In this document: positions 1 through 9,463 of the stretch, in pieces | How the letters are laid out: every line of letters starts with the position of its first letter | How positions within the stretch are numbered: position 1 is the first letter of the stretch | Source: a virus | Virus record (IMG/VR): IMGVR_UViG_3300037193_000639 | Coordinates: 11,557-75,556 of that record | DNA length: 64,000 bases | Strand: one strand, 5' to 3' | The notes under the pieces: model-generated | What the model saw: only the letters and a program-made list of their open reading frames with translations | Told to the model about the DNA's origin: nothing | Databases searched by the model: none | Position numbers and translations under genes: made by a program

Positions 1-540
1 AAAATTTATGAGGACGGGAAGAGAACACGAGGCTACTCTGTGTGGCACAGTATGTTAAATAGGGCCTATAACTTGAAACGGACTGCGGGTAAGAAGGCTT
101 ATGAAGGCGTCGCCGTTTGCGATGAGTGGTTGTCAGGGGATGTGTTTATTGATTGGTGTGAGAAACAAGTTGGATTTTCTGACCCATTGTTTCAACTTGA
201 CAAAGATATCTTAGTGAAATGGAATAAGATTTACTCACCAAAGACATGCGTGTTTGTACCTCGTGAGATTAACTTAGCAATTACTAGAAGTGACTCTAGC
301 AGGGGTGAATTTCCTATAGGTGTTTCTTGGAGTCATAAATCGGAAAAGTTTGGGGCCTATTTAAGTGAGTTTGGTAAACTTAGATACCTCGGAATGTTTC
401 CAACACCAGAGGAAGCTTTCTACACATATAAGTCAGCTAAAGAGAAGTATTTAAAAGTTCTTGCTGACAAATATAAAGATGTCATAGACCGCAGATGTTA
501 TGAAGCTCTTTGTGCGTATCAGGTGGAGATAACGGATTAA
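1..540 (+). CDS. Free-standing homing endonuclease-like protein (HNH-related nuclease plus AP2-like C-terminus); 5' end lies outside the window
   Basis: Frame is open from base 1 (KIYEDGKRTRGYSVWHSML...). Motifs W.SML.R, QLDKDIL...YSP.TCVFVP..IN and PIGVSW...YLGMF.T.EEAF..Y are typical of phage HNH/AP2 endonucleases. Confidence 0.75.
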   Translation, partial: KIYEDGKRTRGYSVWHSMLNRAYNLKRTAGKKAYEGVAVCDEWLSGDVFIDWCEKQVGFSDPLFQLDKDILVKWNKIYSPKTCVFVPREINLAITRSDSSRGEFPIGVSWSHKSEKFGAYLSEFGKLRYLGMFPTPEEAFYTYKSAKEKYLKVLADKYKDVIDRRCYEALCAYQVEITD

Positions 541-542
541 AT

Positions 543-2286
543 ATGAGCAAACGAATTTACGGCCCCTGTAGTGAACGTCAACGTCTATTTCTAATGGACA
601 CAACAACAGACGTAATTTTGCTTGGTGGTAAACAATCTGCCTCCAAGGGTAAAAAACAACTCTCTAATTGCTGGAAAATCTCGATGAGACAATCAGCAGC
701 GAAGGTTCTCAATGATGAGAACAACGTTCAACGACTAGCCGAAAGGCGTACACCTAAGCGGGTGGAAACGGGAGTCTCCTTGACAGGATGAAGATATAGT
801 CTGAACTGCATGGCGACATGCAGCAGCTTTGCAAAAGCGGGGTAGTAGTAGCGATACTACCTGAACATATTTGGGCGCTGGAGGAGGCAAATCATTCACC
901 TGTCTTACAAAAAACCTAGACGGCTTAGACGATCCATATTTCCGCTGCACTATCTTTCGTCGCACATACCCAGAGCTTAAACGTCAGGGTGGTTTGATTG
1001 ACGAAAGCAAGCAAGTATACAGAGATTTTGGTGGTGTCTACAAATCACAGGCAATGAAGTGGATTTTCCCAAGTGGCGCAGAAGTTTCGTTTTCTGCTAT
1101 CTCTTGTGACGATGATCTAGGCTCTTGGCAAGGCTCACAGTTGGTTCGTGCACTAGTGGACGAAGCTGCAGATAAGTGGACAGAGAAGCAGGTTTTGTTT
1201 CTGTTGTCTCGTTTGCGGTCAGCACATTCTAAAATTCATCCTCAACTAATTTTGACATGTAACCCAGACATTAATTCGTTCTTGAAGTCTTGGGTGGATT
1301 TCTGTTTAGATCCAGACACAGGGGTTCCTGTCGAGGGGACAGAAAATCGGGTTAGGTGGTTCATTGTTATTGACAATAAGGCACACTGGGCTGATTCCCC
1401 TGAAGAGGTGTTTGAGAAGTATGGTAAGCCGCGCAACATGATTTATGCACACGGGCTTACTGAGGAAGAAATGAATAGTTACTCTCCTCAAGAACGCCTC
1501 CGCTTGTGCATGCCTAAGTCTTTCCGGTTTCTGCCTACCGGAGTGTTTGACAATCCTTACCTGCTCCCGCCAAGGAACAATAGCTATCTGCCAAACTTGC
1601 TGGCACAGCCGTATGTCAACCAGCTTAAGTACCTCCATGGATCATGGACGGCTAAGGAAGCTGCAGGAGGCTACTTCAAACGTGAATGGACTCCTATCGT
1701 AGATTATCCTCCTGAGAATCCTATCTCCCGTGTTCGCTCTTGGGACTTTGCAGCCTCTGAAGAAAGCGTTGCCAATCCCAACCCTGACTGGACTGCAGGG
1801 GTGAAGATGTCACGGGATAAGTATGGAATCTATTACATTGAACACGTCGAACGCTTCCGTGCAAGAACTGACAAGGTATTGAAAGAGGTTATTGACGTAG
1901 CTAAGTCGGATGGTTTGGACGAATGTGGTGTGACCATCCCTAAAGACCCCGGTGCAGCAGGAGCTACAGCAAATGCCTTCTATATTAGGACGCTTGCAGA
2001 AGCAGGGGTAGCAGCTAAATCATGTACGATTTCTGGGCACAGTGGCAAGGTAACACGTTTCAAGCCATTTGCTGCATTAGCAGAGAGCGGTTCTGTTAGG
2101 GTGGTTAGAGGTGATTGGAATGATGCTTTCTTTAATGAGCTAGAAGAATTCGATGGCTCAAGGGGTAAGAAGGACGACCAGGTGGATGCTGTGTCGGATG
2201 CTTTTGCTACTTTGGCAAGACAGTTGCAGATGCCGACGATTGTGATCCCTTCTCTGGAACAACCCTCCCCAATTCCAACAGTTTAA
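543..2286 (+). CDS. terL: Terminase large subunit, two exons (543-629 and 874-2286)
   Basis: Joining the exons restores Walker A VILLGG|GAGGGKS. Also Walker B ALVDEA, motif III LTCNP, and nuclease residues WDFAAS and DDQVDA. Confidence 0.93.
630..873 (+). ncRNA. Group I self-splicing intron (IA2-like, no ORF, 244 nt) in terL
   Basis: 5' exon ends in U629 and pairs U.G with IGS GCCUCCAAG (P1). Core elements: P AAUUGCUGGAAA 666-677, Q AAUCAGCAG 691-699, R UUCAACGACUA 727-737, S AAGAUAUAGUC 791-801. P7 is GACUA/UAGUC; P7.1, P7.2, P8 and P9-9.2 hairpins are present; terminal G873. Confidence 0.95.
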
Positions 2287-2320
2287 AAATTGTCAAGACT
2301 TGACATTTTGAAATAACCTA

Positions 2321-2349
2321 TTGACAAATTACCTTCAGGAATGTATAAT
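2321..2349 (+). promoter_or_regulatory. Consensus sigma70 promoter upstream of portal
   Basis: TTGACA-17 nt-TATAAT. Confidence 0.8.
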
Positions 2350-2377
2350 AGTATTAAACATAAGGAGTAAATTCAAT

Positions 2378-3886
2378 ATGCCTGATGCGCAGAACACGCC
2401 GACAGGCGTAGAATCTGCTCTGCAGCCAGACAAAGACTCTGTAATCCCCCGAATCTCCCTCGGTGAGCAAGGAATAATTGGCCTTCGAATCCGCGCAAAG
2501 CAGATCGTAGAAGAAACCAACGCAGCCTTCCGCTATCCAAATTTCATCCGTACTGTAAACGAAATGCGCCACAACACCACTGTTGGCTCGGCTATGAACG
2601 TCTACAGAATGATGATGGGCAGGGTGAAGTGGGACGTAGAGCCTCCTGTCGGTGCAACAGAACAAGATAAAGCACGTACTGCTGCTGTCCGTACAATGAT
2701 GGATGACATGGAGCACTCGTGGGCCTCGTTCATCGAAAGTGTTATACCCTCCCTCGAATATGGTTTTGCAATCAACGAGAAAGTATTTCGTAGACGTTTG
2801 AAGCGAAACGGCTCTAAATACAATGACGGTATCGTTGGTTTGCGTAAACTTCCAACTCGAAACCAAGATACGATTTGTGGGTGGGGGTTTTCAGAAGATG
2901 GTTCAGATCTCCTCCATGTGGAGCAGTCTCTACAAAACCTAGAAAATTCTTATAGGTTCCAAAACCGCACGAACGTCAACGGTAAGATAGAAATCCCACG
3001 AAGCAAGTTTCTTCTATTTTCTGCTTCCGCCAATAAAGGCAATCCAGAAGGTAACTCGATATACAAGAACGTATATCTCGCTTACAAAAGGCTTGAGCTT
3101 CTACAAGACCAAGAACTCCTTGGAATTGCGAAGGACGTACAAGGGATTTTGAAAATCGAAATCCCTGTCAAGTATCTTGACCCTAACGCATCAGCAGAAG
3201 ATCAAGCTGTTAAGGAAGCGTTTCAAAAGATCATCGATAACTACAATGCCGGAACCCAGAGAGGTTTGCTGCTGCCGAGAATTCTAGATGAAAAGGGTAT
3301 TTCGTTATTTGATTACTCTCTCATGGAAAGCAAGGGCGGTGCCAAATACGATACCGAATCAGTTATCCGCAGACTCCAACAAGACATCCTCTCAGCACTA
3401 AACGTTGACATCTTGAAAATGGGTGCAGAGGGCACTGGCAGTTTCTCTCTCGCTCAGACCAAAACATCTGTTTTAGCTCTCGCTATTGATTATCGTCTGC
3501 GAGAAATCCAAGAAGTTCTCAACTCCGATTTGATGCGCTCAATCTTTGAGTTGAATGGTTGGGGTTGTGAAAACCTTCCTAAATTCGTTTACGCAGATGT
3601 TGAAGAGATCGATTTGGAAACATTTAGTAAGGCTTGCCAGCGCCTGTTCTCCACAAGTGCAATTGAAGTGGATCGTAAAGTCATGAATAGGATTCGTGAA
3701 GCTATTGGCGTTGACGCGAAGCCTGATGATGAAGAGGTGGATGTAGATAACCTCCCCGGAAATCTAGTAGGAATGTCTTCTCGATCTGGCGATGGGATGG
3801 AAGTCGGTACGACTGGGAACGGTACATCTAAGGGTGGGGGTTCTGGTCAAAACTCTTCAGACAATAATTCAGATAATGCAGCATAA
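2378..3886 (+). CDS. Portal protein
   Basis: Follows terL; about 500 aa. YGFAINEKVF, GNPEGNSI and GSFSLA motifs resemble DUF935-type portals. Start reassigned to ATG 2378 after RBS AAGGAG. Confidence 0.85.
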   Translation: MPDAQNTPTGVESALQPDKDSVIPRISLGEQGIIGLRIRAKQIVEETNAAFRYPNFIRTVNEMRHNTTVGSAMNVYRMMMGRVKWDVEPPVGATEQDKARTAAVRTMMDDMEHSWASFIESVIPSLEYGFAINEKVFRRRLKRNGSKYNDGIVGLRKLPTRNQDTICGWGFSEDGSDLLHVEQSLQNLENSYRFQNRTNVNGKIEIPRSKFLLFSASANKGNPEGNSIYKNVYLAYKRLELLQDQELLGIAKDVQGILKIEIPVKYLDPNASAEDQAVKEAFQKIIDNYNAGTQRGLLLPRILDEKGISLFDYSLMESKGGAKYDTESVIRRLQQDILSALNVDILKMGAEGTGSFSLAQTKTSVLALAIDYRLREIQEVLNSDLMRSIFELNGWGCENLPKFVYADVEEIDLETFSKACQRLFSTSAIEVDRKVMNRIREAIGVDAKPDDEEVDVDNLPGNLVGMSSRSGDGMEVGTTGNGTSKGGGSGQNSSDNNSDNAA

Positions 3887-3901
3887 ATAAGGAGGCTGAA
3901 C

Positions 3902-4765
3902 ATGCCAAAATCGCACAGTCTCTTTAGGCTGTATTCAAAAATTCACAATGTCCCCCATCTTATCACACCAGAAGCTTTCACCGTAATTCTAGACTATCTT
4001 GATAGCAGAAATCAAGCTGGAATCATCAAAGCAGATATCTACGAAGAAGACTATGAATCTCTGGAAGAAGACCAACCGAAAATGTACAAGGATGGTCTTG
4101 GTGTTCTTCGTGTTGATGGCTCTTTGACCTACAAGCCAGTGATGACAATGTGTGGCTCTGTCGGAACAAGCTACACACAACTCGTAGAGCAAGTTGAAGA
4201 GATGGCTGAAGCAGGTGTTCGGACAATTGTCATGGAAGTAACTTCCGGTGGTGGTGAAGCATCTCACGTTTTCCAAGCTTGTGAAGACATCCGTGCAATC
4301 TGTGATGAACATAACATCAAAATGATTGGCTACGCAGATACCGTTGCAGCTAGTGCGGCTTATGCGTTGATTTGCGTCTGCGATGAAGTGATTGCAAATC
4401 CGTCAGCTTCGCTAGGCTCTATTGGCTGTGTTGTAGCCCTTCTAGATGCTTCGGAAGCAATGAAGAAAGAAGGATACAGACGAATCTTCGTAACTTCAGG
4501 CGAGAACAAAGTGCCCTTCAATGAAGACGGATTCTCCTTCAAAAAAGAATTTCTAGAAGAGATTCAAGAAGACGTTGACAAGCTTAATGTGGAATTCTCA
4601 GAGCATGTAAGCCGTTATACCGGTCTTTCCGCAGACACGATCATGGGTTTTGAAGCTAAGTGCTTCAATGCAGACGAGGCGTTAGAACGTGGCCTGTGCA
4701 ACAAGATTATGACTAACCGAGAGTTTGCTGCTTATGTGGCTGACTTGCATAAGAGGAGCATTTAA
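3902..4765 (+). CDS. Prohead maturation protease, S49 family
   Basis: SGGGEA, AASAAYALICVCDEV and GSIGCV motifs; position after portal. Confidence 0.9.
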   Translation: MPKSHSLFRLYSKIHNVPHLITPEAFTVILDYLDSRNQAGIIKADIYEEDYESLEEDQPKMYKDGLGVLRVDGSLTYKPVMTMCGSVGTSYTQLVEQVEEMAEAGVRTIVMEVTSGGGEASHVFQACEDIRAICDEHNIKMIGYADTVAASAAYALICVCDEVIANPSASLGSIGCVVALLDASEAMKKEGYRRIFVTSGENKVPFNEDGFSFKKEFLEEIQEDVDKLNVEFSEHVSRYTGLSADTIMGFEAKCFNADEALERGLCNKIMTNREFAAYVADLHKRSI

Positions 4766-5334
4766 TGCTTAAGGAAAACCAAATGTTGAGGAGCATTACA
4801 AAGCTCTTCACTGGTGAGAAAGAAAGTGAAGAAATGAAAAAAGATGAGGCGCAAGCTTCTGAAACTAGTCTGACAATCACTGGCCAAGTGGTTGCAGATC
4901 TCACAGCAGGGATGGAAAAACTGCAAGCGGACTTTGAGGCATTTAAGACAGAAGCTAACGCATTGATTGCTCAAGCAGATGCGGAAAAAGCTGAACTGAA
5001 AAAACAGGTTGAAACACTCGTTGTAGAAAAAGCCGCAATGATTGCCGATGCTGCTGCTAAAAAACTTGCAACTCGCAAAGCGAAAGTTGAGGCAGCAATT
5101 GGCGAGAATGAACGTGCAGCAAAACTGCTTACTGCTACTGAACAAATGGAAGACGCAGCGTTTGAAGCCATTGTAGCTGCTCTTGAAACTTCAATTGATG
5201 CTGAAGCCAAATCGCAAATGTTTACTGAAGCCGGTGTCGCTGCTTCTGCCGATGTGACGAAAGTTGCTGAAGGTTCTGGCACCAAAAAACTGCAGGCTCT
5301 TATTGAGGCTGAACTTGGAATTACTGCGCAATAA
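4765..5334 (+). CDS. Putative capsid scaffolding protein
   Basis: Ala/Glu/Lys-rich coiled coil between protease and decoration genes. Confidence 0.6.
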   Translation: MLKENQMLRSITKLFTGEKESEEMKKDEAQASETSLTITGQVVADLTAGMEKLQADFEAFKTEANALIAQADAEKAELKKQVETLVVEKAAMIADAAAKKLATRKAKVEAAIGENERAAKLLTATEQMEDAAFEAIVAALETSIDAEAKSQMFTEAGVAASADVTKVAEGSGTKKLQALIEAELGITAQ

Positions 5335-5371
5335 GTAGCGCACATTCAATTAATATTTTAAAGGAAATCAA

Positions 5372-6073
5372 ATGACTGTTGTTGCTACAGATACCCGCCG
5401 GTATTCGAACCTAGTCAAGCGCGAAATGTGGGCCGAATGGGGCTACTGCAAGAAGCTTGTCACCGTATATCAAGGTGCTGCTACTCTCGCTATTGGTGCC
5501 GTTCTCGGCAAATTTATTGCTTCTCCTACTGGCACTGCTTCCGCTGCTGCTGGTAACACTGGTAATGGAGCTATGGGTGCTGTTACCGTCACTTCTAACA
5601 AAAATCTTCAACTCGGCACTTACAAAGTAACGATTGTTAAGGCTGCTGCAAACGCTGGTGACTTCGTTGTTACTGATCCTGCTGGTGATGTTGCAGGTTT
5701 TGGTACGGTTGCCGTCGCGTACAGCCAAGGCGGTATTGCTTTCACCCTTGCTGACGGTGCTACTGACTTTGTGGTTGGTGACTCTTTCAATATCGTTGTA
5801 GCTGGCACTGAGAAATACAAGCTTGTCGAAGCTACTGCAACTGATGGGACTGAGGTAGCTAGTGTTGTGGTGGTTGGTAATGCAACCGGCAACGCTGTAT
5901 CTACTGCTGTCACTGCAAACACTGATACGTCGTTCCTCGTGCTATATCGCGGCCCTTGCGCTGTTGCTGATACCGCTCTCTCGTACGGCACTTCTGTCAA
6001 CACCGATGACGAGAAAACTGCACTGTACAACCAGCTTCGTGCTGTTGGTATTGACGTACTGACTCAGATCTAA
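5372..6073 (+). CDS. Head decoration protein (gpD-like) with inserted beta-rich domain
   Basis: Directly before MCP; LAIGAVLGK N-terminal and LRAVGIDV C-terminal motifs. Confidence 0.75.
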   Translation: MTVVATDTRRYSNLVKREMWAEWGYCKKLVTVYQGAATLAIGAVLGKFIASPTGTASAAAGNTGNGAMGAVTVTSNKNLQLGTYKVTIVKAAANAGDFVVTDPAGDVAGFGTVAVAYSQGGIAFTLADGATDFVVGDSFNIVVAGTEKYKLVEATATDGTEVASVVVVGNATGNAVSTAVTANTDTSFLVLYRGPCAVADTALSYGTSVNTDDEKTALYNQLRAVGIDVLTQI

Positions 6074-6091
6074 TTTTAAAGGAAACAAATA

Positions 6092-7123
6092 ATGCTAGTT
6101 CGTAGCCCAACTAATAATTTTGAACTTGTCGATCTGACAGATGCAGTACGCAACCTGCCGATTCAGTATGGTACGTTCAACCAACTTGGCATCTTCACTG
6201 AAGAGGGTGTTGCAAGCGATGCAGTGATGTTTGAAGAGCTGACTCAAGATGGTGCACTGATTGTTGACCGCGTTCGTGGTGAAAAGAATCTGGTGTCGAA
6301 AGATGGTACTCGCAAATTGCATACCTTTGCAGTTCCGCATTTCCCGCTGGATGACTATATCTCTCCGAAGGATCTGCAGAACGTCTCTGCTTACGAGAAG
6401 CTTGACGAAGCAGAGAAACTCGAACTTGTCCGTGCACGGAAGATTGCACGCCTGCGTCAGAACCATGACTGGACTCTGAACAAGGCTCGTGCTCAGGCCC
6501 TGTTCTCTGGTACGGCTTATGCCCCTAACGGCACTGTGACCCAAGACTGGAATACCGAGTTTAGCGTAACTCGTACTGAAGTGGACTTCCTGTTTGGTAC
6601 TTCCACCACTGAAGTTCTGTCGAAGATTGAACTGGTTATTCAGGCAGTGCATGACGGCATGGCTGGCGAAGCTGGCTTCACTGGTATCGTTGCCCCGGTA
6701 TCTACTGGCTTCTTCAACAAGCTGATCACTCACGCTTCTGTGCAGAACGCCTACAAGTATTTCACCTCGATCCAGTCGCAAGATCCGATGCGTACTCGCC
6801 TTGCAGGTAACAATTCCCCGATGCCTAACGGTCGTGAGTTCTTCTTCGGTGGTATCACCTTCCGTGAAATTCGGGACTCTTATAGCGGCACCAGCATTGT
6901 AACTGCAAACGAAGGTATTGCAGTTCCGACTGGCTCTGATAAGTTTAAAACGTTCTTCAGCCCATGCGAAAGGTTCGGATTGGTAAACACGCTTGGAGAA
7001 AAAATGTATTTGTTCGAGCAAGCTGCATCTAATGGGACGAAGATCGAATTGGAGTCCGAATCTAACCATATCTCGGCTTTGCTCCGTCCTCAAGCTGTGA
7101 TTCGGTTGTACACAAGCAACTAA
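6092..7123 (+). CDS. Major capsid protein (lambda gpE-like)
   Basis: 343 aa; VPHFPLDDYISPKDLQ and terminal ESESN....LRPQAVI motifs; strongly biased codon usage. Confidence 0.9.
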   Translation: MLVRSPTNNFELVDLTDAVRNLPIQYGTFNQLGIFTEEGVASDAVMFEELTQDGALIVDRVRGEKNLVSKDGTRKLHTFAVPHFPLDDYISPKDLQNVSAYEKLDEAEKLELVRARKIARLRQNHDWTLNKARAQALFSGTAYAPNGTVTQDWNTEFSVTRTEVDFLFGTSTTEVLSKIELVIQAVHDGMAGEAGFTGIVAPVSTGFFNKLITHASVQNAYKYFTSIQSQDPMRTRLAGNNSPMPNGREFFFGGITFREIRDSYSGTSIVTANEGIAVPTGSDKFKTFFSPCERFGLVNTLGEKMYLFEQAASNGTKIELESESNHISALLRPQAVIRLYTSN

Positions 7124-7158
7124 TTAGAAATTTTGTCAGATAATTACTGACCAATTTC

Positions 7159-7201
7159 TTGATCAAAAGCAACTGTCTATGTTATAATGCGCAGTTGCTT
7201 T
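7159..7201 (+). promoter_or_regulatory. Extended -10 promoter enclosed in an inverted repeat, upstream of endonuclease gene
   Basis: TTGATC...TGtTATAAT (-10 at 7183-7188), flanked by AAAGCAACTG and CAGTTGCTTT. Confidence 0.6.
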
Positions 7202-7203
7202 GA

Positions 7204-8172
7204 ATGAGGGAATTGATGACTAAAAAATTAACATTAGAAGAGTTTAAAGAAAAGAGTGTTGCTGTACATGGCGAAGTATATGATTACTCAAACGTAGTCT
7301 ACCACAATAATGCAGTTAAGGTCGAAATTTTCTGCTTGCGCCACAATAAATTTTTCTCACAGTCTCCTAAGAAACACCTTGCAGGGCAAGGTTGTCCAAT
7401 ATGTCGGTATGAAAAGTCCTCCTCAAAACTCACTAAAACCACGGAAAAGTTCATAGAGGGTGCTGTGGAAGTGCATGGGGATAAATATACCTACGACAAG
7501 GTTGTTTACACAGGAAGCCACACTTGCGTAGAGATATTCTGCAATAGTCATGGGGAGTATTTTAAACAAGTTCCAACTGACCATTTGTGCGGAAAAGGTT
7601 GCCCCAAGTGTGGCCTTGAAAAAGTGAAAGAGTACGTAAACAGCTTAACATCTAATACACAAGAATTTGTGGAGAAAGCTAGAAAAGTTCACGGTGACTT
7701 GTATTCGTACCACGCAGTGGATTACAAAAGAAGCTCAGAAAAGGTCAAGATCTGGTGCAACAGGCATGGAGGATACTTTGAGCAGACTCCTAACAGTCAT
7801 TTAGCTGGTATTGGTTGTGCCTCTTGCGCAAAGACAGGTTATAGCACAGAGAAGCCCGGAAAACTTTATGTGCTTCGTTGTGACAACATAACTAAAGTCG
7901 GAATCACAAATTTTCTACCTGAAGACAGGGCGAAGGCAGTTTCTAAGAGTTCTAAGCTGAAATTCTCTGTAGTCAAAGTTTATAGCTTTGCAGACGGCGC
8001 TGAGGCAGACAAAGTTGAAACAAACGTTCTGCGCACACTAAGACAAATTTACAACCGACCAAGTAAGAGGTTTGAAGGAAGTTCAGAATGCTTTATTGAC
8101 GTTAGTTACGAACACCTTCTTTCAATAATTGACAGAGAACTAGAGAATTTAATGGAGAAGGAAGATGGCTAA
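7204..8172 (+). CDS. Free-standing endonuclease-like protein: 3 zinc-binding DUF723-like repeats plus GIY-YIG/T5orf172-like C-terminus
   Basis: Three repeats of HG..Y.Y..V.Y....KV.I.C..H..F.Q.P..HL.G.GCP.C, then LYVLRC..TKVGITN...EG.SECF. Confidence 0.75.
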   Translation: MRELMTKKLTLEEFKEKSVAVHGEVYDYSNVVYHNNAVKVEIFCLRHNKFFSQSPKKHLAGQGCPICRYEKSSSKLTKTTEKFIEGAVEVHGDKYTYDKVVYTGSHTCVEIFCNSHGEYFKQVPTDHLCGKGCPKCGLEKVKEYVNSLTSNTQEFVEKARKVHGDLYSYHAVDYKRSSEKVKIWCNRHGGYFEQTPNSHLAGIGCASCAKTGYSTEKPGKLYVLRCDNITKVGITNFLPEDRAKAVSKSSKLKFSVVKVYSFADGAEADKVETNVLRTLRQIYNRPSKRFEGSSECFIDVSYEHLLSIIDRELENLMEKEDG

Positions 8173-8647
8173 CGTAATCGATCCGACTACAAACGTAGGT
8201 AAACTGAGATTGAGGGTGGGTGACGTGTCCGATATTCCCTTCTTTCCTGATAGTGTGTACGAAGCTACTTTGACTGATGAAGATGACAATCTTCCTCGTG
8301 CAGCACGGAGGATGGCTCAATACATTCTAGGAACACTATCTGCAAAGACCCATCGTAAGCTTGCACAGTTAGAAGTCTGGGGGCAGGAGTACTTTGACAA
8401 CTATGTGAAGTTCATCAAGCTCACAATTCTGAATCCGATGTTTATGGATATCAGCCCAGTACCTTATGGCAGTGGCTCTGAAGAACAAGTTCATCCACTG
8501 ATTCAGTTTCAGCAAGATTGGAACAAGAATTACGCCATTACACAATCGAATCAGATGGCTCTCGACGCTGACAACAGCCCTAACGATGGCTCACGTCTCG
8601 GCGCACTAGGCACCACAGGTCTAACTTCTGGGTGGCAATTGGTATGA
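8165..8647 (+). CDS. Head-tail adaptor protein
   Basis: N-terminal GKLRLRVGD motif; position after capsid. Confidence 0.6.
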   Translation: MANVIDPTTNVGKLRLRVGDVSDIPFFPDSVYEATLTDEDDNLPRAARRMAQYILGTLSAKTHRKLAQLEVWGQEYFDNYVKFIKLTILNPMFMDISPVPYGSGSEEQVHPLIQFQQDWNKNYAITQSNQMALDADNSPNDGSRLGALGTTGLTSGWQLV

Positions 8648-9042
8648 CGGCTTTTGCAGATTTTGATGGCGCGATTGGTGAGTTCTTTGATGATTTTGGC
8701 TTTGAAGCTACGCTTCTGAAAATTAACAGCGTCACCCACAATACAACAACTAGAGGAAGTACACCAGTTGTTGTAGAAATTCCTGTGGAGGCAATCCTAA
8801 TGGACTTGACGCTGCAGAGTAATGGTTTGAGCGTTAAGTTCGGAACGTTGGTGCAAGCGGGTGATAAAGAGCTTTACGTAAGACCGCCCAACAAGGTTGA
8901 TCCGGTATTATTGCCCTTAACGATTACTCCACAGAAAGATAGAGTGAGAGTGAATGGGGTTGAATACAGTGTTGTAACTATGAAAGAAGTAAACACAACT
9001 GGTTCGGAAGCTTTGCTATACGATTTGTATATAAGGCGTTGA
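8644..9042 (+). CDS. Head closure / head-tail joining protein
   Basis: Synteny; GTLVQAGDK...DRVRVNGVEY...LYDLYIRR pattern. Confidence 0.6.
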   Translation: MTAFADFDGAIGEFFDDFGFEATLLKINSVTHNTTTRGSTPVVVEIPVEAILMDLTLQSNGLSVKFGTLVQAGDKELYVRPPNKVDPVLLPLTITPQKDRVRVNGVEYSVVTMKEVNTTGSEALLYDLYIRR

Positions 9043-9043
9043 T

Positions 9044-9454
9044 ATGGGCAGTTTTGCAGATTCTGTTAAAGTGAATTGCCAAAGGGTTCTAGAGCACGTA
9101 AACAAAAAGTGTTATTCAATCACTTGGCAGTTATTCACTTCAGTAGTGTACAAGACCCCTATACTGAAAGGTGAGTTGATCAATTCTTGGTATCCAAAAG
9201 TAGGCCCAGATTTTTCATCTGAGAAGACTACTGTGTACAACAAAAGTGGAGCTGGAAGCTTGTCACGCATTAACGCCATTATGAATGGGAATGTATTCTT
9301 AGGTAAAGATGGCGTGATTACGATGGCTAATAATGAAGATTATAGCGTCAGAGCTGAGTATTTAGGATGGCCCTCACCACAATGGTCTGGACGAGTTGGC
9401 CCTTATAGAATGGTTGCACTGAGTATTCAGAAGGTGGCCGCCGACAATAAGTGA
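9044..9454 (+). CDS. Neck/tail completion protein (HK97 gp10-like)
   Basis: TPILKGELINSW and NNEDYSVRAEY motifs. Confidence 0.65.
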   Translation: MGSFADSVKVNCQRVLEHVNKKCYSITWQLFTSVVYKTPILKGELINSWYPKVGPDFSSEKTTVYNKSGAGSLSRINAIMNGNVFLGKDGVITMANNEDYSVRAEYLGWPSPQWSGRVGPYRMVALSIQKVAADNK

Positions 9455-9463
9455 TGAGGTTAA

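Noticed and set aside
510-791. 93-aa ORF as an independent protein or small terminase
   Set aside because: It is terL exon 1 reading through into the intron.
6095-7093. 332-aa antisense ORF over the capsid gene
   Set aside because: Shadow frame caused by strong codon bias; no RBS or motifs. The same applies to 36315-37181 and 55136-55993.
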